From assembly GCA_014238315.1 (NCBI GenBank), contig JABABG010000021.1:1-43329 (forward strand): DNA of 43,329 bases. The letters are read 5' to 3'. The first letter of the stretch is position 1. Each line of letters starts with the position of its first letter. Under the pieces are notes generated by a model. That model was not told the origin of the DNA and did not search any database. It saw only the letters and a program-made list of their open reading frames with translations. This document shows positions 9,595 through 19,453 of this stretch, one piece after another. The position numbers were made by a program, and so were the translations under genes. The DNA is from Alphaproteobacteria bacterium. GTDB lineage: Bacteria; Pseudomonadota; Alphaproteobacteria; JABAAW01.

Positions 9595-12210
9595 ATGCGC
9601 TATAGTTCAACAAGGGGCAGAGACAATAAAAGGAAATTCGACGAGATCGCATGTGCGGGATTGGCTTCGGATGGTGGGCTCTATGAGCCGATAGGTTGGC
9701 CTAGTCAGCGCACGTTGCGAAAACTGCTTTCTAATAATGCATCTTCTAGTGCATCTCCTGGTGTATCTCTTGGTGTATCTCTTGGCGATGTTGTCGCTGA
9801 GGTATTGCGTCTGTTCGCAGCGCCTAGTTTTACCGACATCGATTTCAAAGAGATCGCGCATAGTGCTTTCAACGACTTCAACAGCACTGCGACAACTCCT
9901 CTAAGAGAGGTTGAGCATGATTTATGGCTTTTAGAGCTATTTCACGGACCGACTTTATCCTTTAAGGACTTACCTCTACAAGTATATGGTAGGTTGCTTG
10001 AGAGCATAGTTGCTAGACGAAAACGGCTGCTTATTATGATCGGAGCTACATCTGGTGATACTGGCTCTGCTGCCATCGCCGCATTGAAACCCATACGCGG
10101 TCTGCGTTTATTTATGCTACATCCGCGCGACCGCATATCGGAATTGCAGCGCAGACAGATGACTTGTAACCAGATGCCACACATCTGCAACATTGCCGTC
10201 GATGGTAGTTACGATGACTGCTTACGTTTGGCAAAAGCGATGTTCTCATCAGAGGAGATTCAAGCTCGCGGCGAGCTAGGTGCCGTGAACTCTTTCAACT
10301 GGGTTCGGATCGCGGTACAAGCTGCGGTGTATATTTACGCAGCGAATCGTCTGCCGCAAAAGTATAAGAAGGTTCGGTTTGCCCTTGCGAGCGGTAACTT
10401 TGGCAACGCCTATGCAGGATATGTTGCAAAGATGCTTGGCGCACCCATCGAAAGCATAGAACTAGCGGTGAGCAAAAATGACTGCCTGCATAATTTTTTT
10501 GAAACGGGTAATGTCAAAGTAGCAGATGTCGTGCCTAGCCTAACGCCTAGCATAGATATAATGACGCCCAACAATTTAGAACGCTTTATATTTCGACTAC
10601 TCGGTGCTAGCCCGCGCCGCTGGCGCAAGCTACTGGATAGAGCCAAAAATGACAAGGGTGTTTCCGTACCTAAACATTTTATGCGTAAGGATATTTTCAA
10701 ATTTTTCCACAGCTTTCGTTTTGACGACGAACAAACTCTAGAGGCTATGGTACAGGCATACCACAGCCTTGGCGATGCGTTGGACCCGCACTCTGCTATA
10801 GCCTTGGCGGCGGCGAAGCGAGCGCGAATAATGGATGCTACCAATAAACGTAAGAGGAGCGGTGGTATAGCAACGATTACCTTTGCAACTGCCTCTGCTG
10901 CAAAATTTCCAGACACTGTCGAAAGAGCCATTGGAACTTTGCCACACATCCCGCTGAGGCTCGGCGAGCTAAAAGATAAGCAAGAATTATATGAAACCAT
11001 TCCTGCCGAGGAAACGAGACTGGAGGAGCTAATTATCAAACAATTACGCACGACCCTCGACTCCGACCAAGAGGACGTGGGGCGTAAAGAGGAGATAGCA
11101 AACAGAAGCTATGTTGTTTCTGCGCCGAACGAGATGCAAAGCACAACTGGTTCGACTGAGGGGGAGGAGGCTATTCCCGCAAGGGAGATGGCATCGAAAG
11201 CCCCCCCCCAGCAAGAAACTACTACAGGGTATATGCCTGCGGAAGAGGTGGCTATAGGCGAGGGGTCTATAGGAGAGAGCCTTGCGGGGAAAATCCCTGC
11301 GGAAACAACTTCTATGGAAGGGAGACCCGTAACAGAAACTTCCGACCAGGCGTTTGCAACTATGCCACCTATAGGAGTTCAAGGAACAACTCCCTCTACT
11401 GGCTTTTCGCCAGCATTGGATACTACATTGTTTCCTAAAACGGCAAGTGAAGAGTCGCTTGAACAAAAAATAGAAAAATTAAAGGAAAGAACAACACAGC
11501 TTGAGGAAACGCTAGATACTTCAGCACTCGAAAGTACGAGTGATTCTGAATTTGGGATGCCTCCTACTCCCTCACCTACAACCGACAGCACTATTTTTAG
11601 CCATCCGCTAGGAACAGAATCCTCTGCGCAAACAGAAACTTTAAATCAAAGCACACAAGGTGATACGGAGCAAGGTTCGACACAAGAAACTCCTTTCAAC
11701 GAACCAACATCATCAGCAGGCGAGGACTTGCCGCTTGAAAAATCACCTAGTCAATCACCTAGTCAATCGCTTGGACAATCGCTTGGACAATATGTTGCTG
11801 CTTCCGTATCTGTAAATAAAAGCGATGGCGGGATCGAGAATTTAGCGCAAGCAGCTGAAGAAGGGCAAGCTTCTTTGGAAAGCAAAATAGCAAAGCTGAA
11901 AGAGCAAAGCGTTTTGCTAGACGATGCGGCAGAACAAACTAAACGCTCATTCGATCAGAGCGATGTGACTGCCCTCTCTGCAATTCCAGATGAGACTACA
12001 AGTGATTCTACAAGCGACTTATCCGCCTTCCCAACAGAAGAGCCATCAGAAAAGCAAGACGAGCCCAGCATCGCTGGCGCATCGCCTTTCTTCAACAGCG
12101 ATAAGCCTAGTGATACCCATGCTGAAGAGCAAACAACCGCAGAGCAGAGCCTCGACAACGATGAGCAAAAAGACGAGACGCAAGAAAGTAAGAGAGAAGA
12201 TGGATTTTAA
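9595..12210 (+). CDS. thrC: Threonine synthase with a ~390-aa acidic low-complexity C-terminal extension
   Basis: MRYSSTRG, GLASDGGLY, LELFHGPTLSFKD (PLP Lys), GATSGDTGSAA, VNSFNWVRI, SGNFGN, DPHSA, TASAAKF. The enzyme domain ends near 11040. Confidence 0.92.
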   Translation: MRYSSTRGRDNKRKFDEIACAGLASDGGLYEPIGWPSQRTLRKLLSNNASSSASPGVSLGVSLGDVVAEVLRLFAAPSFTDIDFKEIAHSAFNDFNSTATTPLREVEHDLWLLELFHGPTLSFKDLPLQVYGRLLESIVARRKRLLIMIGATSGDTGSAAIAALKPIRGLRLFMLHPRDRISELQRRQMTCNQMPHICNIAVDGSYDDCLRLAKAMFSSEEIQARGELGAVNSFNWVRIAVQAAVYIYAANRLPQKYKKVRFALASGNFGNAYAGYVAKMLGAPIESIELAVSKNDCLHNFFETGNVKVADVVPSLTPSIDIMTPNNLERFIFRLLGASPRRWRKLLDRAKNDKGVSVPKHFMRKDIFKFFHSFRFDDEQTLEAMVQAYHSLGDALDPHSAIALAAAKRARIMDATNKRKRSGGIATITFATASAAKFPDTVERAIGTLPHIPLRLGELKDKQELYETIPAEETRLEELIIKQLRTTLDSDQEDVGRKEEIANRSYVVSAPNEMQSTTGSTEGEEAIPAREMASKAPPQQETTTGYMPAEEVAIGEGSIGESLAGKIPAETTSMEGRPVTETSDQAFATMPPIGVQGTTPSTGFSPALDTTLFPKTASEESLEQKIEKLKERTTQLEETLDTSALESTSDSEFGMPPTPSPTTDSTIFSHPLGTESSAQTETLNQSTQGDTEQGSTQETPFNEPTSSAGEDLPLEKSPSQSPSQSLGQSLGQYVAASVSVNKSDGGIENLAQAAEEGQASLESKIAKLKEQSVLLDDAAEQTKRSFDQSDVTALSAIPDETTSDSTSDLSAFPTEEPSEKQDEPSIAGASPFFNSDKPSDTHAEEQTTAEQSLDNDEQKDETQESKREDGF

Positions 12211-12261
12211 CAGATATCATATAACCTCCATGCTCTTCGATTACCTCTAGCCGTTGCTTTT

Positions 12262-15204
12262 TTAATCCGCAAGCCAGTCTTTGCTGATACGGTATTTAAC
12301 CTCCAGAGGAATAGGCAGTGATTGTTGTGGCTCTGCTGCCGAGCTCATAATGCTTTGTGCCTCTAGTGCTACTTTCTCGGCGAGTGCTGACGGGGTCTCT
12401 AGTATAATTTCATCATGCACCTGAAGTAGCATATGTACACTAGTGCCTTCCCTACTAGGATTATACTCGCCAATGCTTGATGAGTGTTTGTTGAACTTAC
12501 GATGCAAACGAATCATCGCCTGCTTGACAATGTCTGCAGCACTACCCTGAACCGGCGCGTTAATAGCCTGCCTTTCAGCGTGCGAGCGTATGTGGTGGTT
12601 GCGCTCTGCGATTGCCGATATGTGAATCCTTCTACCGAAAAGCGTTTCAACATACTTATTAGCACGACAAAACTCAATGGTTTCCTGGCGATAGTTGAGA
12701 AGTTGTGGATAGCGTGCAAAGTAAATACTTATCATCTCCTGCGCCTCCTGTTCGCTGACGCCTAGGCGACGCGACAGACCAAAGCGCGAGATTCCGTATA
12801 GCAGACTAAAGTTGACTGTCTTAGCATAACGCCGCTGCTTTGAGGAAACCTCATCTATCGGTTTATGAAACATTTCCGCGGCTGTTGCGCTATGTATGTC
12901 CAAACCTCTAGCAAAACTATTAAGCATAGAATCGACCGACGCCATCGAGGCGATCAGACGAAGCTCTATCTGCGAATAATCGAGCGCAACTAATAGACAA
13001 TCTTCTGCCGCAATGAATGCACTGCGTATCTGTCTGCCCTCATCATCGCGGATAGGAATGTTTTGCAAGTTCGGCTCTGATGATGCGAGACGACCTGTTT
13101 GCGCTCCACTAAGTGAGAATGATGTATGCACTCGCTGCGTTTGCTCCTGCACTTGCAGAGGCAAGGCTTGCGTGTAAGTCGAGCGCAACTTAGACAAGTG
13201 ACGCCATTCCAGAACTTTCGTAGCTATAGTATGTCCTTCATCCGCCAGTCTCTCTAAAACGCTAATATTGGTTGAAAATTGTCCGCTAGCGGTTTTTTTC
13301 GCTCCGTTTAGATTAAGCCGAGAGAACAAAACCTCACCCAATTGTTTCGGCGAGGCGATTGCAAACTCACAGCCAGCCAGTTCGTGGATTTCGCTCGACA
13401 ACCGTACCAAGCGATGTGAAAAATCCTCGTTTAGTCTTCCCAACGCGGCACTGTCGATGCGTATGCCCCTAATCTCCATGGCAACTACGACCGGTATGAG
13501 AGGACGCTCCAATGTCTCGTAGATGCCTTTAACTCGTTCTGGGATCATCCTCTGTGAGAAAATTTTATGCAACATCAGAATTATCGTTACGATGTCGGTA
13601 GAATACTCGCCAGCCACATCAATCGGCACGAGGGCAAAAGTTATCGCCTTGCTCCCAACTCCGAGTAAGTTTTTATATAGAGGCGCGTTATACTGCAAAT
13701 GCCGAGAAGATAATGCAACTAAATCGTGCCCACCGCTAGAATACTTACCTCCATCAAGAGTAGCCGAAAGTAAAAGTATGTCGTCGTACGATAAAACTTC
13801 GACCGAGTGCTTTTTTAATACTGCACTAGCCTGCTTCAAGTTATGCGAAACCTTCAAGATTGCGCGATCTTCAAACAATTCCTTCAATTCTCCTAACACT
13901 AACTCTAATGGTATTTGTGATGTTTCGCGTGTTCCTTCAGCGTCTGTATGTCCTAACGGAATATAAACAGCGTCGTAGCTCTCTATGCACAGAGAAACAC
14001 CAACCAGCTCAGCTGCAATGATGTTTGATGAAGAGGTGTCAACCGCGAAAGCGCACAAGCCTTGCTCGCGTACTTTGGCACAAAACTCTGTTAGCTCAAT
14101 GCTGCTAGTTATTACACGTTTTTTTACTGTTGCTGGAGAAACTCTTTTTAGCGGACTACTATCATCGTCGTCTCTAAAGGTGATCACCTTATTGGTAGCA
14201 AACTTTGGTTCAACTGGTGGTACCATTGATGGAAAGAGCCCGCCTAGCCCCCTACCGCCCTTATTATCGCTTGTGCTTTCAAGCTCGCGCAACAGCGATA
14301 GGAAATTCTGCTCTCGCAAGAATTCGCTCAACCTCTCGCGTTCTGGTTTAGGCTTTACCAATCCATCCAACGAAATTGTGCGAGGAGCATCCTCCGCTAG
14401 GGTTACCAGCTTCAAGCTTAAACGCGCTTTATCTGCATTATTCTGCAGTGCTTCACGCCGCTTGGGTTGCTTTATCTGCTCACTAGCAGATAACAAATTT
14501 TCAAGCCCACCAAATTTATTTATTAACTCTGCTGCTGTTTTGACACCGATGCCAGGCACACCAGGTATATTATCACTCGCATCGCCAGCGAGTGCCATTA
14601 CATCTTTAATTTGCCGAGGTGGTACACCGAAGCGCAATTGCGCGGCTTGCTCGTCTATTATCTGCGCTTTGACTGGATCTTGTAGCCAAACTTGCTTGCC
14701 GATGAGTTGCATGAGATCTTTGTCTGATGAGTAGATTTCTACATTCCATCCCTTTGCCTGCGCCTCTCTAGTATAGCTGGCAATCAAATCGTCCGCCTCG
14801 AAGCCCCTATGCTCGACGATTGGCAAAGAAAAAGCCTCAGCCGCCTGCCGTACTAGTTCAAATTGCGGCATCAACTCTGGAGGAGTTTCGCGCCTTTGCG
14901 CCTTATATTCGGGATATATTTCTGAACGAAAGCTCTTACCCTTCGCATCGAAGACGACCAAACAACGCTTTACGCTACTCTTTCGGAGCAAAAGCGCGAG
15001 CATTCTGGTAAATCCATATACGGCATTTACCGGTGTTCCATCCTTGCGCGTCATTGGCGGTAGCGCGTAGAAAGCACGGAAAACGTAGCCGTATCCATCT
15101 ACCAGCGTAAGGTCTGCCTCACGCGAGATATTTTGTCGTTCAGATTGTTTTACTGTTTGGACTGTTACTGCCTCTGATTTTTCGCCCAATCTATTTTTAT
15201 TCAT
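12262..15204 (-). CDS. polA: DNA polymerase I
   Basis: 5' nuclease (LVDGYGYVFRAFYA, GDASDNIPGVPGIG); polymerase motifs TGRLASSEPNLQNIP, DYSQIELR, AKTVNFSLLYG, LQVHDE. Confidence 0.98.
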   Translation of the reverse strand: MNKNRLGEKSEAVTVQTVKQSERQNISREADLTLVDGYGYVFRAFYALPPMTRKDGTPVNAVYGFTRMLALLLRKSSVKRCLVVFDAKGKSFRSEIYPEYKAQRRETPPELMPQFELVRQAAEAFSLPIVEHRGFEADDLIASYTREAQAKGWNVEIYSSDKDLMQLIGKQVWLQDPVKAQIIDEQAAQLRFGVPPRQIKDVMALAGDASDNIPGVPGIGVKTAAELINKFGGLENLLSASEQIKQPKRREALQNNADKARLSLKLVTLAEDAPRTISLDGLVKPKPERERLSEFLREQNFLSLLRELESTSDNKGGRGLGGLFPSMVPPVEPKFATNKVITFRDDDDSSPLKRVSPATVKKRVITSSIELTEFCAKVREQGLCAFAVDTSSSNIIAAELVGVSLCIESYDAVYIPLGHTDAEGTRETSQIPLELVLGELKELFEDRAILKVSHNLKQASAVLKKHSVEVLSYDDILLLSATLDGGKYSSGGHDLVALSSRHLQYNAPLYKNLLGVGSKAITFALVPIDVAGEYSTDIVTIILMLHKIFSQRMIPERVKGIYETLERPLIPVVVAMEIRGIRIDSAALGRLNEDFSHRLVRLSSEIHELAGCEFAIASPKQLGEVLFSRLNLNGAKKTASGQFSTNISVLERLADEGHTIATKVLEWRHLSKLRSTYTQALPLQVQEQTQRVHTSFSLSGAQTGRLASSEPNLQNIPIRDDEGRQIRSAFIAAEDCLLVALDYSQIELRLIASMASVDSMLNSFARGLDIHSATAAEMFHKPIDEVSSKQRRYAKTVNFSLLYGISRFGLSRRLGVSEQEAQEMISIYFARYPQLLNYRQETIEFCRANKYVETLFGRRIHISAIAERNHHIRSHAERQAINAPVQGSAADIVKQAMIRLHRKFNKHSSSIGEYNPSREGTSVHMLLQVHDEIILETPSALAEKVALEAQSIMSSAAEPQQSLPIPLEVKYRISKDWLAD

Positions 15205-15230
15205 ACCTATCTTTATTCATATTGCTCCAA

Positions 15231-16637
15231 CTAGCTTCCATCCAAGGTTATGATGTCGTCTATTCGCCCTGCTTGCAAGTGCTCGTATGAGCTTTTTATC
15301 AACGAACCCATTGGTCGCACCCTAGGTCCGGTCGGTTCCATCAAGACATAAGTTACTCCCTTATATGTGTATGTTACTTCACCTTTTTTGACTGGCAATT
15401 CAACGCCCAAAAACGCGTGCTTGGGCACCAAGAATAGAGCAACTTTCAGCTGCGGAGCGAGAGTCTGTAGCACTCCCATCATTGCTGTAGTTTTAGAATC
15501 GCAGTCTCCTAAGTTTTCAGAGAGCATTTCTAGAGGCGGAGAGAAACCACGAAAGCCTCTAACTTTACCCTGCGTAAGATCATTGTAAGGGATGTTTTGG
15601 AAGAAGTGTAAAGCATTAGCCACGCGCTCGCGGTCGCTATCCGCACTATCTTTGAACGCACGAGCGAGCGGTAGCAATCCAGTAACCGATTGATTAGCTA
15701 TGCGAGCGTAATCGAGCAATGTACGCTCTTTATCTTTTTTCGATGGCAATAGGTAATGGCTTGCGTAAAACTCTGAACGCTTCACTTTCATATCATTTAT
15801 GATTTTTTTACGAGCTACTGCTAATTTTGCAGAAGAATCTTTGATCAATTCTTTAGCACGTGCCTTTGTAGCATCTGCGAAGTTACCAACTTCTTTAACC
15901 TGTTGCTTATGCAGATTGATACGACTACGCAAACGCGCACTAGTCTTGCTAATTTCTTGATTAGCCCTCGCTCTAGTTCCGCTATCGTAGGCGGTTTTGT
16001 CATTTTTCAAAGGAAAGCTTATGGAGCTTCCTTGCATCACTATTGTAAATTCCAACCCTCTCGGCAGTTTTTTGTTGGCCTGTGCGACAATCATCCCGCA
16101 GTCTGCTCTTAGCTTGGCAGATAGAGCCTCGATACCGCTATGGAACTGCATTCCCGGAACCAGCGAAGAAACTCTGATATCGAGAAACTTATCGCCGGAC
16201 AGCTCGAGTTTTAGAGAAAGCTTTTCTGGGTCTTTTAAAGTTATCGAGATTACCTTAGCCCCGATATTTCCATTGAAACTAGCAATAGAAGAATTTATAG
16301 CCTGCACGCCACTAGCAAAACTTTCCTGCAAAGCGAGTAAATGCTTTTCTGCTGTTTTTTTTCCCTCGACAATAACGAAATCGCTGGCAGCTCTATTTAA
16401 CGCATCGTTTGCCAGCAACAAAGATTCCGACTTTCCGATAGCGGAGCGATCGAGCGAAAAATGTATTTCAGCTGTATTCTGCTCGGTGTCTTCGTATTGG
16501 TAGTTGAAGAGAACCTCGCTACCATCCTCCTGTTTGGAGAAAAGTATTTGTTTTGCGTGCGAAGATGCTACCTGGAAGAAGCTCGAGGCAAACAGCGCAA
16601 GCAAGAGGAAAGATAAGAGATATTTCAGGCGCATCAT
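15231..16637 (-). CDS. Exported protein with a C-terminal transglutaminase-like Cys-His-acid domain
   Basis: Signal peptide (..ASSHA); FFQNIPY, GDCDSKT, HAFLGV and LMEPTG fit the transglutaminase-like triad pattern. Confidence 0.6.
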   Translation of the reverse strand: MMRLKYLLSFLLLALFASSFFQVASSHAKQILFSKQEDGSEVLFNYQYEDTEQNTAEIHFSLDRSAIGKSESLLLANDALNRAASDFVIVEGKKTAEKHLLALQESFASGVQAINSSIASFNGNIGAKVISITLKDPEKLSLKLELSGDKFLDIRVSSLVPGMQFHSGIEALSAKLRADCGMIVAQANKKLPRGLEFTIVMQGSSISFPLKNDKTAYDSGTRARANQEISKTSARLRSRINLHKQQVKEVGNFADATKARAKELIKDSSAKLAVARKKIINDMKVKRSEFYASHYLLPSKKDKERTLLDYARIANQSVTGLLPLARAFKDSADSDRERVANALHFFQNIPYNDLTQGKVRGFRGFSPPLEMLSENLGDCDSKTTAMMGVLQTLAPQLKVALFLVPKHAFLGVELPVKKGEVTYTYKGVTYVLMEPTGPRVRPMGSLIKSSYEHLQAGRIDDIITLDGS

Positions 16638-16817
16638 AAAGCCTCGCTGGTAATTCTATTGAAAAACGCTACTTTTACCGAACAATCACAGAATCTATCG
16701 CCTAGACAAAAAAAGAGCAATAGCCTAGACAAAGTATTATGAGTAAAGATTGGTCTAATAAACCAATATGAGCAATAATGAGAAGTTTATGAAACTATCC
16801 GAAGTTATAGAATTGCT

Positions 16818-18215
16818 ATGGAAGGCTGTGGGATGAAAGTTGGCGTACGCCGCTCGATGTATTTTTTGCCGACCCTGCGCGAGACGCCTGCGGAAGCGAC
16901 TCTTTTATCGCATAAGTTGATGCTACGCGCAGGTTTGATTCGCCAAGCTAGCTCTGGTCTTTACAATTGGCTACCATTGGGATTCCGTGTTTTAAAAAAA
17001 ATAGAAGAGATAGTACGTCAAGAGCAAGATCGAATTGGCGCACACGAGTGCCTGATGCCGACTATTCAATCTGCCGAACTATGGCAGAAATCCGGCCGCT
17101 ACGAAGACTACGGCAAGGAGATGCTACGCATTAAGGATCGACACGGCAGAGCATTGCTCTACGGTCCTACCAACGAAGAGGCTATAACAAGCTTATTTGC
17201 GGAGACGGTCAAAACCTATAAAGAGTTACCGCAACGACTCTATCATATTCAGTGGAAATTTCGTGACGAAATCCGCCCTCGCTTTGGCGTCATGCGCGCA
17301 CGCGAATTCTATATGAAGGACGCATATTCGTTCGACTACGACAAAAAACAAGGAATAGACTCCTACAATGCGATGTTCGTGTCGTACTTGCGACTTTTCC
17401 AACGCCTTGGCATGCAGGCTATTCCCATGCGAGCGGATACTGGTCCGATAGGCGGAGATAGTAGCCACGAGTTTGTAATCGTAGCGGAGACAGGCGAGAG
17501 CTCGTTGTATTGTGATAGTGAGATGCTATCTATGCGCTGGTCTAGTGGGTCGAGCGGCGAGTCTAATAATGATGCCAAAAAGCATGCGGAAATGGTGTCT
17601 TTAGCGACCTCGCATTACGCAGCTACGGATGAGGAGTACAACCCGCAAGAATTTGAGAGCCGTGTTCCTGCTGAACGAAGGATTAAGACGAGAGGCATCG
17701 AAGTTGGGCACGTATTTTTCTTTGGCGACAAATACTCAAAACCGCTTAACGCGTACATCACAACCGCTACTGGCAAGGAGGTGGCTGTGCAGATGGGCTC
17801 TTACGGTGTCGGAATATCGAGGCTGGCTGCAGCGATAATCGAGGCATCGCACGATGATAGCGGTATAGTTTGGCCGCCAGCGGTAGCCCCCTTTCAAGTA
17901 GGATTGATAGAGCTTGGAGGAGAAAAAGTAGAAGTGGGAGAAGTACAAGATGATGGGCTCTACGCGATGCTATGCAGAGAGGGTGTAGAGACTCTTTACG
18001 ACGATAGGACGGATGTGAGTGCGGGCGTCAAGTTTGCCGAGATGGATTTACTAGGACTACCATGGCAACTAATAGTCGGAGGCAAAAACGCCAAGCAAGG
18101 CACCGTGGAGGTGAAAAACCGTAAGAGCGGTAAGAGAGAAAGCATAGCTCTTGGGAAGGCTGTTAGCTATCTCAGACAGAACATCACATCGAAGCATGCT
18201 AGCATCTTCGACTGA
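16818..18215 (+). CDS. proS: Proline--tRNA ligase, short alphaproteobacterial form without the INS editing domain (start may be 16833)
   Basis: SHKLMLRAG, GPTNEE, KFRDEIRPRFGVMRAREF, GIEVGHVF, MGSYGVGISRL. Confidence 0.97.
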   Translation: MEGCGMKVGVRRSMYFLPTLRETPAEATLLSHKLMLRAGLIRQASSGLYNWLPLGFRVLKKIEEIVRQEQDRIGAHECLMPTIQSAELWQKSGRYEDYGKEMLRIKDRHGRALLYGPTNEEAITSLFAETVKTYKELPQRLYHIQWKFRDEIRPRFGVMRAREFYMKDAYSFDYDKKQGIDSYNAMFVSYLRLFQRLGMQAIPMRADTGPIGGDSSHEFVIVAETGESSLYCDSEMLSMRWSSGSSGESNNDAKKHAEMVSLATSHYAATDEEYNPQEFESRVPAERRIKTRGIEVGHVFFFGDKYSKPLNAYITTATGKEVAVQMGSYGVGISRLAAAIIEASHDDSGIVWPPAVAPFQVGLIELGGEKVEVGEVQDDGLYAMLCREGVETLYDDRTDVSAGVKFAEMDLLGLPWQLIVGGKNAKQGTVEVKNRKSGKRESIALGKAVSYLRQNITSKHASIFD

Positions 18216-19443
18216 GTTCTTTATAGCTTGGCGTTACCTACGCGCACCAAGAAAAGAAGGAGTGATAACCCTAACGAGTATCTTTGCGCTAGTTGGTATA
18301 GCACTAGGTGTTGCGACCCTAATCGTAGTTACTTCCGTGATGAACGGTTTTCGTGAAGAGCTGTTTAACCGAATGCTCGGCTTTACGGCTGAAGCTTCGA
18401 TCGTGGCTCCCGGCAGTAAGCTGCTCGAACACCAGCAACTTATTATGATCGCGAAAAGGGATGGCGCGGTGCGGCTAGCTACTCCTTTGGTCGAGGGGCA
18501 AGCATTACTAAGCGCGCGCGGTAACTCTAGCGGCGTCTTGTTGCGTGGGATAACGAACGAGAGCATTGCGCATAAACCTAAACTCTTCGAATCTTTAACT
18601 GCTGAACAGCGAGACGATTTCGCTCTCGGTGACAGCGCGTTGATAGGCGACCAGTTAGCAAGAATCTTTGCGCTAAACTTAGGCGATAGCATTTCACTGT
18701 TAGTACCACAAGGAGTTACGACTGCCTTCGGGAATCTACCGAACGAGATTACCTTACGTATTAGCGGAATTTTCACGACTGGCGTCTACGAGTACGATAG
18801 TGGATTCGTGCTATTGCCGCTCGGGCTTGCGCAAAACTTGCTAGATTATGGCGACAATGTAGATGCGATAGAGTTGCGCTTACAAAACCCCCAACAAGCC
18901 TCGTCGGTTAAACAACATCTACAAAAAGAATTGCCAGAGCAAAATATTGTCATAACATGGCAAGAAAAACACTCTAGCCTACACGAAGCGCTCATAGTAG
19001 AGCGAAATGTTATGTTTCTTATACTTACGCTGATCGTGCTCATCGCAGCCTTCAACATCGTCTCTGGTCAAGTTATGCTAGTCCACGACAAGCAACAGGG
19101 AATAGCCATTCTACGCTCGCTAGGTATGAGACCAAGCGGGGTGCTCCGTATCTTTCTGATCGTCGGTGGTGCTATAGGAATAAGCGGTACTTTCATCGGC
19201 TCAATAGTCGGCATTGCTTTCGCCAAACACATCGACTCCATTGAGCGATTCATAGAGAAAGTATTCGGCGTCAGGCTCTTCCCTTTCGAAGTATATTCAC
19301 TACCATCCCTTCCCTCGCGCATAGAGCCAACGCAAGTCGCAAGCATAATCGCGCTAGCACTTATCATAAGTTTTTCCGCCGCATTATACCCTGCACGACG
19401 CGCAAGCCTACTCGCGCCGATAACGATACTGCGCAGCTCCTGA
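18196..19443 (+). CDS. lolE: Lipoprotein-releasing ABC transporter permease LolC/E
   Basis: EFFIAWRYLR, GIALGVATLIVVTSVMNGF, IAAFNI, IAILRSLG, YPARRAS. I prefer ATG 18196 to the TTG at 18151. Confidence 0.93.
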   Translation: MLASSTEFFIAWRYLRAPRKEGVITLTSIFALVGIALGVATLIVVTSVMNGFREELFNRMLGFTAEASIVAPGSKLLEHQQLIMIAKRDGAVRLATPLVEGQALLSARGNSSGVLLRGITNESIAHKPKLFESLTAEQRDDFALGDSALIGDQLARIFALNLGDSISLLVPQGVTTAFGNLPNEITLRISGIFTTGVYEYDSGFVLLPLGLAQNLLDYGDNVDAIELRLQNPQQASSVKQHLQKELPEQNIVITWQEKHSSLHEALIVERNVMFLILTLIVLIAAFNIVSGQVMLVHDKQQGIAILRSLGMRPSGVLRIFLIVGGAIGISGTFIGSIVGIAFAKHIDSIERFIEKVFGVRLFPFEVYSLPSLPSRIEPTQVASIIALALIISFSAALYPARRASLLAPITILRSS

Positions 19444-19453
19444 TAAAAACTCC

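Noticed and set aside
10410-14734. Long antisense ORFs (10410-11051, 13523-13966, 13985-14734)
   Set aside because: Shadow frames of thrC and polA
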